From: an uncultured delta proteobacterium
Lineage (GTDB): Bacteria > Myxococcota_A > Polyangia > Polyangiales > Houyiibacteriaceae
Reading direction: 5' to 3'
DNA: 64,000 nt
Assembly: GCA_963699755.1 (NCBI GenBank)
Contig: CAVOVB010000003.1
Coordinates: 256,001 to 320,000 of the forward strand
Shown here: positions 1 to 9,627 of the stretch, piece by piece
How the letters are laid out: the number at the start of each line of letters is the position of its first letter
How positions within the stretch are numbered: position 1 is the stretch's first letter
The notes under the pieces: generated by a model
Database searches by the model: none
Told to the model about the DNA's origin: nothing
What the model saw: the letters and a program-made list of their open reading frames with translations, nothing else
Program-made: the position numbers and the translations under genes

Positions 1-729
1 CTGGTCAACCCATACAGCGGCGCATCGGTTCCGGTGAGCGGCAACTTCCAAGTGAACAACTCTTCGTACATGGGCATTGGCGCAGCCGACGTCCTCTCGG
101 GGAGCTCCACAGGAGGCAACCGGAGCGAGATTCTGCTGATCCGAGACACCGTGTATCCCCAAACCGTTTGTGGTGTTGAAACCGTTCGTGGGCTGAATGG
201 TTTCGACGTGATGTTCCTTGCCGACGATTTCATCGTGCTCATCGACATGCTGATCGAAGGCGGGAACACCAACGACATTCTATGGGCCAATGCGGGTGAT
301 GATACGCTGCGAGGAGAGAACGGGACCGATCTCCTCGACGGCGGGCCAGGCAACGACATCATCGAGGGTGGGAACGGCGACGACACGATCACGCTCTGGC
401 CCGGCAGCGGCTTCGACAGCATCTCGGGTGGCGACAACACGGACCGGGTGGAAATTGACGCCATCCAAAGTCAGATCACCATCGGCCCGGCGGCGAACCC
501 GAGCTATGCGTTCGACCTCAGTTACCTCGGTACGCCGATGGCCCAGATCAGGGAGGTCGAGCTGCTCGTCATGAATGACGCGTTCATCGACCTGGCCACG
601 TGTACGGGCGGCGCCGGCGACGTCTGCAAGCTCTGTGGCAACGATGCCCTCAACGGGGGCGAAGGTTGCGACGATGGCAATAACCTCGACGGAGATGGCT
701 GCGCGGCGGACTGCACGGCCGAGTACTAA
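1..729 (+). CDS. Secreted protein with RTX/hemolysin-type Ca-binding repeats and a C-terminal Myxococcus Cys-rich repeat (5'-partial)
   Basis: Frame is open from base 1. GGxGxD nonapeptides (GGPGNDIIEGGNGDDTI); C-terminus CGNDALNGGEGCDDGNNLDGDGCAADC. Confidence 0.75.
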   Translation: MVNPYSGASVPVSGNFQVNNSSYMGIGAADVLSGSSTGGNRSEILLIRDTVYPQTVCGVETVRGLNGFDVMFLADDFIVLIDMLIEGGNTNDILWANAGDDTLRGENGTDLLDGGPGNDIIEGGNGDDTITLWPGSGFDSISGGDNTDRVEIDAIQSQITIGPAANPSYAFDLSYLGTPMAQIREVELLVMNDAFIDLATCTGGAGDVCKLCGNDALNGGEGCDDGNNLDGDGCAADCTAEY

Positions 730-878
730 ACTATGATCTTCCTCACAGTGAATGGTGTACGTGACGCGACCACCCCCCTCGTTGGGGCTTGTCAGGTTCT
801 ACCCATTGCTGCGATAACGAACCTCCCCGTTTGCGCGAGTGCCCCCTGCGCTCACGCCCCAGCATCCCGGATTGATCC

Positions 879-3800
879 ATGAGTCTACGCTTCATAGCTT
901 TGGTTGCGCTGCTGTTTGTATTCGTCGCCGCATGCGACCAGTCGAATATCAGCATCGACGGAAAATCACCCACAGCCGCCGTGACCGTGACGGTTGCGCT
1001 GACGGCCTCCGAGGTTGGCGCCGCCACCCTGACGTACTGGGTCGACCATCCGACCGAGCTGGACACGCCGCTCACGGGAACAATCGGCGTAACCGATCCG
1101 ACTACCAGCTTTCGGCTGACGCAGCTTCCGGTCGCCAACGGCTACACGCTCGTCATGATCGCGTACAAGCCAAGCGGCGAAGCGTTCTGTGATGGGACTA
1201 CGAGCTTCGACATCCAAGAAGGCGTGACGACGATCGTGGACACGGAGCTCACCTGTCCGACGAGCGACACCTTGCCGGACGGCGAGGTGGGCGTCGACGT
1301 CACCTTCCAGCTCAACTTCTGTCCGGTGGTCGAAGTGATCGCGGCGACTCCGGAAATCACCGTCCTGATGAACCCGATCGCGTTGTCGGTGACGTCGAAC
1401 GACCCGGACAACACCGCAGCGCTCACCTACGCCTGGAGCGCGACGAACGGGACCATCACGAACCCAACCGCACCCAGCGCGAACTATATTTGCCAGACCA
1501 TCGGGGATCACACGGTGACTCTCGCTGTCAGCGACAGCGATCCGGCCTGTGACCAGGAACGCCAGCTTCTGGTCAGCTGCACGGCGGACCCGAGCTGCGG
1601 CAACGGAACCCGAGAGATCACCGAGTTCTGCGACGACGGCGTCAACGATGGCGGCGAAGGCGAATGCCTGAACTGCACCACGATTCAGATCTGTGGCGAT
1701 GGCATCCGGAACGGCGACGAAGAATGCGACGATAGCGGACAGACCGCCGGGTGCGACGTCGACTGTACCTTTGCGGCATGCCAGGACGGCACCTTGAACA
1801 TCAGCGCTGGCGAGATCTGCGACGATGGTGCGCAGTCCGCGACCTGCGACACGGACTGCACGGCGGCCCTCTGTGGTGATGGGGTCGTCAATACCGACGC
1901 TGGAGAGACCTGCGACACGGGCGGGCCCAGCCCGACCTGCACCGCGGAGTGTCTGGGCACCTCCTGCGGGGACGGCGTCATCAACCTTGCCGCTGGTGAG
2001 CAATGTGACGACGCGGGGGAGAGCGCCACCTGCAATCTCGACTGCAGCGTTGCCGTCTGCGGGGACGGCAAGGTCAACGCCACGGCCGGAGAAGCCTGTG
2101 ACGATGCCGGCGAAAGTCCGTCGTGTAACGTCGACTGCAGCGTTGCCGTCTGCCCCGACGGCATTTTGAACACCACCGCGGGCGAAGTCTGCGACGACGG
2201 TGTCGCGAACGGCACAGGCCCGGGGCTTTGCGAGCCAGGCTGCGCCGCGCCGAGGTCTTGTGGAAACGGCAGCGTCGAGACCGGCGAGGAATGCGACACG
2301 GGAACGGCCACGGCGGGCTGCGATGCCAACTGCACCCTGGCGATTTGCGGGGACGGTACGTTCAATGCCGCCGCGGGCGAGCAGTGCGATGGTGGGGGGG
2401 AGACTGGCTCTTGTGACACCGATTGCACGAACGCGATCTGCCAGGATGGGACCTACAACCCCTCGGCCGGCGAGGCCTGCGACGACGGCGGGGAAAGCGT
2501 GGGGTGCGACATTGATTGCACCCCTGCCGAGTGCGGCGACGGTGTCCGAAACGCCACCGCCGGCGAGGCCTGCGACGCCGGGGGCGAGAGCGCGTTGTGC
2601 GACGATGACTGTACGCTGGCTATCTGCGGAGACGGCAAGCTCAACACGACCGCTGGCGAGCTCTGCGACGACGGCGGCGAGAGCGCGACCTGCGACGATG
2701 ATTGCACGCCCGCGATTTGTCCCGACGGCAAGCTCAATACCACCGCGGGCGAAGCCTGCGATGACGGCGTGGCCGACGGCACGGGGCCTGGCTCCTGCGA
2801 GCCACTTTGCGCTGCGCCCGCGAACTGTGGGAACGGCCTGATCGAGACCGGAGAGATCTGCGATACCGCGGGCGAGAGCGCGACCTGCAACGCCGACTGC
2901 ACGCCTTGGCAGTGTGGTGACGGAAAGCTCAATGTGAGCGCAGGGGAGCAGTGCGACAAGGGAGGCGAGACCGCCACCTGCAATAGCGATTGCACCACCG
3001 CCCAGTGTGGCGATGGAAAGCTCAACGTCGCCGCGGGTGAGATTTGTGACGAGGGCGCGAACACGGCGACGTGCGATGCCGACTGTACGCTGCCCATTTG
3101 CCCGGACAACTTCTTGAACACGGCCGCTGGCGAAGAGTGCGATACGGGTGGCGAGAGCGCGGCCTGCGATGCCGACTGCACCTTCCCGGTATGCCCGGAC
3201 AACTACTTGAACGAGGCCGCAGGCGAGGTCTGTGATGACGGCGTTGCGAACGGCAGCGGCCCAGGCCTGTGCGAGCCTCTTTGTGCGGCCCCAGGCTCTT
3301 GCGGCAACCTAATCGTGGAAACCGGAGAGGACTGCGACCCCGGTACCCAGACCGCAAACTGTGACAACGACTGCAGCTTTGCCGCATGTGGCGACGGCGC
3401 GCTCAACATCGCGGCTGGCGAGCAATGCGATACCGGCGGAGAGAGCGGCACCTGTGATGCGAACTGCACCATTGCGGTCTGCGGCGACGGTACGATCAAT
3501 GCCGCGGCCGGCGAGACCTGCGACGACAGCGGCCAAAGCGCCAACTGCGACGTCGATTGCACCGCCGCTTCCTGCGGTGATGGCGTCACCAACACAGCCG
3601 CTGGCGAGCAATGCGACGATAGCGGCTTCAGCACGACTTGTGACAACGACTGCACCACGGCGAGCTGCGGAGACTCCACGGTCAACAGCCTCCGTGGGGA
3701 GACCTGTGACGAAGGAGGTCAGACCGCGACCTGTGACGACGACTGCACCGTTCCGCAGTGCGGCGATGGCAACACGAACTTCGCGGCGGGCGAGCAGTGT

Positions 3801-5393
3801 GACGATGCCGGAGCGAGCACCTTCTGCAACGCCGATTGCACGCTCGCGGCCTGCGGCGACCTCGATGTGAACCCCCTGGCCGGTGAGGAGTGCGACGAAG
3901 GTGGCGTCCAGACCGCGACCTGCGAGGCCACTTGCACCTCGCCCGCCTGTGGCGACGGCATTCCGAACGCACTGGCCGGCGAGACCTGCGATACCGGCGG
4001 CAACAGCGTCAGCTGCGATAGCGACTGCACGGTGCCGCTCTGTGGGGACGGTCTGACCAACGACTTGGCGAACGAAGACTGCGACGACTCGGGCGAGTCC
4101 GCTACATGCGACGCCGACTGCAGCTTTGCGGTCTGCGGCGATGCGGTGCTCAACACCCTGGCCGGGGAGACCTGCGACACGGGCGGCAACAGCGTCAGCT
4201 GTGATAGCGACTGCACGGCCCCGCAATGCGGCGACGGCTTGACCAACGCCGCGGCAAGTGAGGCCTGCGACGACGGTGGAGAGAGCGTCGGCTGCGACGC
4301 CGATTGCACAGCGGTGGTCTGTGGTGATTCGACCGTGAACACGACCGCGGGCGAGCAGTGCGACACCGGCGGCGTCCAGACGGCAAGCTGCGAGACCAGC
4401 TGCACCACGCCAGTCTGCGGTGACGGGACTCTGAACACCTTGGCTGGCGAGGCCTGCGACGATGGGAACACCGCCCCAGGCGACGGCTGTAACGCCTCGT
4501 GCGTGGTGGAGTTCTGTGGCGACAACATCGTCAACAACGTCACCGAGGCCTGCGACAGCGGCGGCGTCCAAACGGCAAGCTGCGAGGCCGACTGCACCGC
4601 GCCTGCGTGTGGCGACGGGACGCTCAACGCGCTGGCTGGAGAGGCCTGCGACGACGGGAACACCGCGCCGGGCGACGGCTGCAGCGCGACCTGCGTGGTG
4701 GAGTTCTGCGGCGACGGCAGCATCAACAACGGCGGCACCGAGGCCTGCGACGACGGGAACACCACCTCGGGCGACGGCTGCAGCGCGACTTGCGTGGTGG
4801 AGTTCTGCGGCGACGGCAGCATCAACAACGGCGGCACCGAGGCCTGCGACGACGGGAACACCACCTCGGGCGACGGCTGCAGCGCGACTTGCGTGGTGGA
4901 GTTCTGCGGCGACGGCAGCATCAACAACGGCGGCACCGAGGCCTGCGACGACGGGAACACCACCTCGGGCGACGGCTGCAGCGCGACTTGCGTGGTGGAG
5001 TTCTGCGGCGACGGCAGCATCAACAACGGCGGCACCGAGGCCTGCGACGACGGGAACACCACCTCGGGCGACGGCTGCAGCGCGACTTGCGTGGTGGAGT
5101 TCTGCGGTGACGGCAGCATCAACAACGGCGGCACCGAGGCCTGCGACGACGGGAACACCACCTCGGGCGATGGCTGCAGCGCCAGCTGCGTGGTGGAGTT
5201 CTGCGGCGACGGCATCGTGAACAATGGCGGCACCGAGGATTGCGACAGCGGCGTCGAGACGAGCATCTGCGACCTCGACTGTACCTTCGCCATCTGTGGT
5301 GACGGGACGGTGAACGCCACCAAAGGCGAGACCTGCGATGATGGCAACAGCGTTCCGGGCGATGGCTGTGATCAGTTCTGCATGACGGAGTGA
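879..5393 (+). CDS. Large lipoprotein with an Ig/PKD-like region and dozens of Myxococcus Cys-rich (DUF4215-like) repeats
   Basis: Lipobox VAAC after a hydrophobic signal; LTYAWSATNG PKD-like motif; repeated CGDG...GEQCDDG...CDxDC units. Confidence 0.85.
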   Translation: MSLRFIALVALLFVFVAACDQSNISIDGKSPTAAVTVTVALTASEVGAATLTYWVDHPTELDTPLTGTIGVTDPTTSFRLTQLPVANGYTLVMIAYKPSGEAFCDGTTSFDIQEGVTTIVDTELTCPTSDTLPDGEVGVDVTFQLNFCPVVEVIAATPEITVLMNPIALSVTSNDPDNTAALTYAWSATNGTITNPTAPSANYICQTIGDHTVTLAVSDSDPACDQERQLLVSCTADPSCGNGTREITEFCDDGVNDGGEGECLNCTTIQICGDGIRNGDEECDDSGQTAGCDVDCTFAACQDGTLNISAGEICDDGAQSATCDTDCTAALCGDGVVNTDAGETCDTGGPSPTCTAECLGTSCGDGVINLAAGEQCDDAGESATCNLDCSVAVCGDGKVNATAGEACDDAGESPSCNVDCSVAVCPDGILNTTAGEVCDDGVANGTGPGLCEPGCAAPRSCGNGSVETGEECDTGTATAGCDANCTLAICGDGTFNAAAGEQCDGGGETGSCDTDCTNAICQDGTYNPSAGEACDDGGESVGCDIDCTPAECGDGVRNATAGEACDAGGESALCDDDCTLAICGDGKLNTTAGELCDDGGESATCDDDCTPAICPDGKLNTTAGEACDDGVADGTGPGSCEPLCAAPANCGNGLIETGEICDTAGESATCNADCTPWQCGDGKLNVSAGEQCDKGGETATCNSDCTTAQCGDGKLNVAAGEICDEGANTATCDADCTLPICPDNFLNTAAGEECDTGGESAACDADCTFPVCPDNYLNEAAGEVCDDGVANGSGPGLCEPLCAAPGSCGNLIVETGEDCDPGTQTANCDNDCSFAACGDGALNIAAGEQCDTGGESGTCDANCTIAVCGDGTINAAAGETCDDSGQSANCDVDCTAASCGDGVTNTAAGEQCDDSGFSTTCDNDCTTASCGDSTVNSLRGETCDEGGQTATCDDDCTVPQCGDGNTNFAAGEQCDDAGASTFCNADCTLAACGDLDVNPLAGEECDEGGVQTATCEATCTSPACGDGIPNALAGETCDTGGNSVSCDSDCTVPLCGDGLTNDLANEDCDDSGESATCDADCSFAVCGDAVLNTLAGETCDTGGNSVSCDSDCTAPQCGDGLTNAAASEACDDGGESVGCDADCTAVVCGDSTVNTTAGEQCDTGGVQTASCETSCTTPVCGDGTLNTLAGEACDDGNTAPGDGCNASCVVEFCGDNIVNNVTEACDSGGVQTASCEADCTAPACGDGTLNALAGEACDDGNTAPGDGCSATCVVEFCGDGSINNGGTEACDDGNTTSGDGCSATCVVEFCGDGSINNGGTEACDDGNTTSGDGCSATCVVEFCGDGSINNGGTEACDDGNTTSGDGCSATCVVEFCGDGSINNGGTEACDDGNTTSGDGCSATCVVEFCGDGSINNGGTEACDDGNTTSGDGCSASCVVEFCGDGIVNNGGTEDCDSGVETSICDLDCTFAICGDGTVNATKGETCDDGNSVPGDGCDQFCMTE
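4701..5195 (+). repeat. Five near-identical 99-bp coding tandem repeats (EFCGDGSINNGGTEACDDGNTTSGDGCSATCVV)
   Basis: Units start at 4701, 4800, 4899, 4998 and 5097; a diverged sixth starts at 5196. Confidence 0.95.
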
Positions 5394-5585
5394 GCTTCGA
5401 GAGACGGCGTCGTGAACGTAGGCGCCGAGGTTGCGACGAGCGTATCAAGGACGGAACGGCTGCAACTGTGAGCTGGCTTACACAAGCCGACCTGCGAGTA
5501 GATGTAGGTGAGCGATTTCATGCCCTTGGCGTCCGAAAAGCGCTAGGGGTATCGCCGAAAACGGTTTACTCTCTTAGTCCCCGTT

Positions 5586-7091
5586 ATGCCCGTTCCCAAG
5601 CCTGAATACATCAGGGCTTTTCTCAGCAGCGATGCCCAATTTGATGGTCGATTCGTAGCCGGAGTCACGACGACCGGAACGTTTTGTAAGCCGAGCTGCT
5701 CTCAGAAAAAGCCTGCTGCCGAGAACATCGTGTTCTTCGATGCGCCCGCTGAGGCAGAAGCTGCGGGCTTCGTCGCCTGTGGCACCTGTCTGCGCGAAGG
5801 CGCGGAGGGCAGGCCCGCCTCGAGCAGAGCTTCGACTACCGTGTCCCGTGCGCTTCGTTTGATCGAGGATGGCGTGCTCGACCACGCGAATATCGACGCC
5901 TTGTGCGAACGTCTCGGAATTGGAGCGCGCCAACTTCGGCGACTCTTCCACAAGCACCTAGGGACCTCTCCGGTTCAGGTGGCACGCATTCGGCGTGCTC
6001 GTTTTGCGAAGCGGCTGATCGAATCGACGAGCTTGTCGATGGCGCACATCGCGCAGGCGGCCGGGTTTGGAAGCGTTCGTCGATTCAATGCCGTGATCAA
6101 CGAGGTCTACGGCTGCCCGCCGACGGCACTCCGCAGGAGTCCCAATCGCGTGGCGGGCAGGCTCGAGCTCCAAGTTCCGATCGAAGGGCCGTTCCCCTGG
6201 GCGCGCATGCTTCAGTTCCTCGAGCCCTGGACCGCTTCAGGCGTCGAGCAGGTCGTGGGCGACCGCTACTACCGAACCGCGTCGTTCGGCAAGGCGGCCG
6301 GCGAGCTCTGCGTGCAGTACGAGCCGGAGCAGGGCGAGCTGCACGTCCGTGTGAGCAGCTCTCTTGGCGCCCATCTGCTCGATGTGGTTTCCGGCGTGAG
6401 GCGGCTTTTCGATGTCGATGCGCGGACAGAGGCGATTGCCGAGCATCTACGTGCCGATCCCGTGCTTCGCGAATGCATTCGAGCGACCCCCGGGCTCCGT
6501 GTGCCAGGGGCGTTCGACCACTTCGAGACGGCCGTGATGATGCTGCTCAATCAGCACAGCGCGCCCGAGGAAGCCTCGGAGCTCGTCGATCGCATCGTCG
6601 AGAAGTATGGAAAGCCAATTCAAACGTCGCAGCCGTCTCTCACTCACGTCTTCCCGACACCCTACGCCTTGAGCACGGCGAAGCTCGAGTCGGTCGGAGT
6701 GCCGAAGCGCCGCTGCCGTTCGGTTCAGGCCCTTGCCAAGGCGGTCCACGAAGGCGTGCTTCGCTTGGATGGCTCGCCGTCGCTCGACGCGGCAGTCGAT
6801 GGTCTACGCGCGATCACCGACCTGAGCGCGACGACGGCGCAGTACATCGCAATGCGGGTCTATCGTGAGCCCGACGCGTTTCCGGTGAACAACGCCTGGT
6901 TGCGCAAGGGCATCTCGACCAACGGCGAGAGCGTTTCCATTCCCGAGCTCGAAAGCCGCGCCGACGGCTGGCGGCCCTGGCGAGCCTACGCTGCGATGTG
7001 CATTTGGGATTCCTTTCTCTCTGAGCCGCGCGACGCAGGGCGGCTTTTCGATCGGGAATCGATGCCTCCGCAGGCGAATCAAGTCGCCTAG
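5586..7091 (+). CDS. Ada Zn-binding/AraC HTH fused to an AlkA-type (HhH-GPD fold) domain
   Basis: GTFCKPSC...CGTC Ada metal site; AraC HTH (IAQAAGFGSVRRFN); AlkA_N region, PGLRVPGAFD and WRPWRAYA motifs. Confidence 0.88.
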   Translation: MPVPKPEYIRAFLSSDAQFDGRFVAGVTTTGTFCKPSCSQKKPAAENIVFFDAPAEAEAAGFVACGTCLREGAEGRPASSRASTTVSRALRLIEDGVLDHANIDALCERLGIGARQLRRLFHKHLGTSPVQVARIRRARFAKRLIESTSLSMAHIAQAAGFGSVRRFNAVINEVYGCPPTALRRSPNRVAGRLELQVPIEGPFPWARMLQFLEPWTASGVEQVVGDRYYRTASFGKAAGELCVQYEPEQGELHVRVSSSLGAHLLDVVSGVRRLFDVDARTEAIAEHLRADPVLRECIRATPGLRVPGAFDHFETAVMMLLNQHSAPEEASELVDRIVEKYGKPIQTSQPSLTHVFPTPYALSTAKLESVGVPKRRCRSVQALAKAVHEGVLRLDGSPSLDAAVDGLRAITDLSATTAQYIAMRVYREPDAFPVNNAWLRKGISTNGESVSIPELESRADGWRPWRAYAAMCIWDSFLSEPRDAGRLFDRESMPPQANQVA

Positions 7092-7117
7092 CAAGCGGTG
7101 GCTTCCAAGGGGCCATC

Positions 7118-7561
7118 GTGACAGCATCGCCCCTGATGATCACGTACGAGACCGAAACGATGATCGAAGCGTCGCCGCGCGAGGTGTGGAAGCACCTCGC
7201 GGACTTCGAGCGTCACGACGACTGGAGCCGGCATTTCAAGCTGAGAGGGCGACCCGAAGCCGGCACAGCCGGTCGCGTCGAGCTCGTCTTGTTTGGACGT
7301 TCGGCGGTGGCGCCGGTGCGAATCGAAAAGGTCGAGGAAGCGCGCGAGCTTCGCTGGCGGGGTGGGCCGAAGGGGCTCGTCACCGGGAATCACTACTTCA
7401 TCATGGAAGGCCGTGATGGCGGTCACAAGACGCATGTCCGTCATGGCGAGACATTTTCGGGACTGATTGCGCCGCTGGTCTGGGCGCTGCTCAAGGGGCA
7501 GCTCCGGCCCGCATATGCAGGGTTCAACCAGGACCTCAAACAGCGCGTCGAAGGCGGGTGA
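7118..7561 (+). CDS. SRPBCC (polyketide cyclase/START-like) family protein
   Basis: IEASPREVWKHLADF start, ELRWRGG, HGETFSGL and a C-terminal helix. Confidence 0.8.
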   Translation: MTASPLMITYETETMIEASPREVWKHLADFERHDDWSRHFKLRGRPEAGTAGRVELVLFGRSAVAPVRIEKVEEARELRWRGGPKGLVTGNHYFIMEGRDGGHKTHVRHGETFSGLIAPLVWALLKGQLRPAYAGFNQDLKQRVEGG

Positions 7562-7571
7562 TGCGCGCGCC

Positions 7572-8786
7572 ATGACGCCGATTCGGTTTCCATCGAGCCT
7601 CGATCGGCTCACGCCCGAGCTGGTCACGGCTGTGCTTGCCGAGCAACGTCCCGAAGTGCTCGTTCGCGCCGTCGACGTAGTTGAAAGCGCGAATCGGGGC
7701 GATGGGCTGGCTTCCACCGCAGACCGGGTCGCCCTCGAGCTCGAGTACGAAGTGGACGCAGGGCTGCCTAGGCAAATGATGCTCAAGACGGTGCTTTTGC
7801 ACAGAGGATTGCGCTTCGGGCCGTCCGCAATTCGATGGGCCGGTCGGATCTTCGACCTCTGTGGCGCACTGCCCTTGGGCTCGCGTCTGCGACCCTTGCT
7901 GTTCTCGGCGATCGGGGCTTATCAGCGGCGCTACCCGCATGCGCCCGATGCGATGTACGCCAATGAGGTTCGTTTCTATCGTGAGATCCGGCCGGTGCTT
8001 GCGATCGAGGCGCCGGAATGCTTCGGCAGCGTGTTCGACGAAAAGCATCGAAGCTTCGGCGTGCTGATGGAGAACCTCGCCCTTCGCGGTGCGCGATTTC
8101 CAAATGTACTGACGCACGTGGAGATCGATGAGATTGGCGGACTGCTGGCCACCCTGGCGGGCCTGCATGCCCGATTCTGGGAGAGCCCTGCGTTCGGGTC
8201 GGAGCTCGATTGGCTGGCAACCCCGGTGTCGGGCGGCATGTACCCGGTGTTTCGAGCGCTCGGGCTCGGCTTGATTCGGAACCAGGTGGAGACGAACGCG
8301 TACAAAGCGGCCCTGATCGAGCCGCTTGGCAAGAACGTCGACGCGCTTTGGGGTGCGCTTTGGACGGCGCAAGAGATCTTGGCCAGCGGGCCGCAGACCT
8401 TGCTCCACGGGGACCCGCACATCGCCAACAGCTACCTCTTGCCCGGATGCCGCGGCGGCTTTCTCGACTGGCAGCTCATGGTCAGGGGGTGCTGGGCGCA
8501 CGACGTCACCTATCTCCTCACGACGGGGCTCTCTACCGAGGACAGACGCAAGCATCAGAACGGCTTGCTCGGTTTTTATCTGGAGGAGCTCGCGCGGCAC
8601 GGAGTCCGGAGCCCACCAGGCTGGAACGAGGCCTGGCTCCGCTATCGGCGAGCAGCGATCTGGGGGCTCGTGATTGGCTGGCTCATCACGCCGACCGAGA
8701 ACTATGGCGAGGCGATCACGGCCGAGAACATTTCGCGCATGGTGGCTGCGGTCGAGGACCTCGAGACCTTGGAGGCCCTTGCTTGA
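7572..8786 (+). CDS. Aminoglycoside/choline-kinase-like (APH/EcKL) phosphotransferase
   Basis: EVRFY, LLHGDPHIAN (Brenner motif), LDWQ. Start re-chosen at ATG 7572. Confidence 0.8.
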   Translation: MTPIRFPSSLDRLTPELVTAVLAEQRPEVLVRAVDVVESANRGDGLASTADRVALELEYEVDAGLPRQMMLKTVLLHRGLRFGPSAIRWAGRIFDLCGALPLGSRLRPLLFSAIGAYQRRYPHAPDAMYANEVRFYREIRPVLAIEAPECFGSVFDEKHRSFGVLMENLALRGARFPNVLTHVEIDEIGGLLATLAGLHARFWESPAFGSELDWLATPVSGGMYPVFRALGLGLIRNQVETNAYKAALIEPLGKNVDALWGALWTAQEILASGPQTLLHGDPHIANSYLLPGCRGGFLDWQLMVRGCWAHDVTYLLTTGLSTEDRRKHQNGLLGFYLEELARHGVRSPPGWNEAWLRYRRAAIWGLVIGWLITPTENYGEAITAENISRMVAAVEDLETLEALA

Positions 8787-8829
8787 GAGCCTGTGCATCC
8801 ATGGCGCTTCGGCAGCATGGAGGTCATAG

Positions 8830-9624
8830 ATGGGGTCTATGAATCGGCACGTTCCTCTGAGTGGCCAGCCCAACTTTCGTGACCTCGGAGGTTACGCGAC
8901 CGCTGACGGGCGGACCGTCAAATGGCGGTTGGTGTACCGTTCCGGCGAGCTCAGTCAGCTCAGTGACGACGACGTGCGCAAGCTCCGGGGCCTTGGGATC
9001 AAGGCCGTCGTCGACCTCAGATCCCGAGGGGAGGTGTCAGCGCGTGGGAAGGGACGCCTGCCTCCTGACGCGAAGGCCCATCCGATGCCCATCTCGTCGA
9101 GTGAGATGTTCGCGAAGTTGATTCCGATGTTCCTGAAGGGCGACTTCTCGCAGGTGCCGCCCGACATGCTCGATAGGATGAACCGAGTGCTCGTGCGCGA
9201 CTTCACGGATCAGTACGCGGGTTTGCTTCGAGTCTTGAGCCACCCCGGGAATCGACCGCTGGTGTTTCATTGCACCCAGGGCAAGGACCGTGCGGGGTTT
9301 GGCGCTGCAATCGTCCTGTCCGCGCTCGGGGTCCCTTGGAAAACGGTGGTGGAAGACTACCTGCTTTCCAACCAGTTCCGCAAAGAAGAGAACGACAAAA
9401 TGCTCGGTATGCTTCGCAACTTGGTGCGCAATCAGGCCGACCCCGAGGGTGAAGAAATCCCGTTTTCGCGCGTCGAAGCTTTGCTGTACGTGAGAGAACG
9501 GAGCATTCAGGCCGCGTACGCCGAGATCATGGAACGACACGGGAGCATCGAGGCGTTCCTCATCGAGGGGCTCGGGTGCACAGAAGAAGGCCTTCGGGAG
9601 TTGCGCGACGATTTGTTGGAGTAG
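8830..9624 (+). CDS. Protein-tyrosine phosphatase (PtpB/IphP-like)
   Basis: NFRDLGG, YRSGEL, P-loop HCTQGKDRAG, DYLLSN; GGAGG RBS upstream. Confidence 0.88.
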   Translation: MGSMNRHVPLSGQPNFRDLGGYATADGRTVKWRLVYRSGELSQLSDDDVRKLRGLGIKAVVDLRSRGEVSARGKGRLPPDAKAHPMPISSSEMFAKLIPMFLKGDFSQVPPDMLDRMNRVLVRDFTDQYAGLLRVLSHPGNRPLVFHCTQGKDRAGFGAAIVLSALGVPWKTVVEDYLLSNQFRKEENDKMLGMLRNLVRNQADPEGEEIPFSRVEALLYVRERSIQAAYAEIMERHGSIEAFLIEGLGCTEEGLRELRDDLLE

Positions 9625-9627
9625 AAT

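Noticed and set aside
4701..5195. Regular repeats as a CRISPR array
   Set aside because: The units are contiguous 99-bp in-frame coding repeats with no unique spacers, and no cas genes are present.
3719..5347. Long antisense ORFs (542 aa, 420 aa and others) over the Cys-rich gene
   Set aside because: Shadow ORFs caused by high GC and repeat periodicity. The same applies to most overlapping ORFs in the track.
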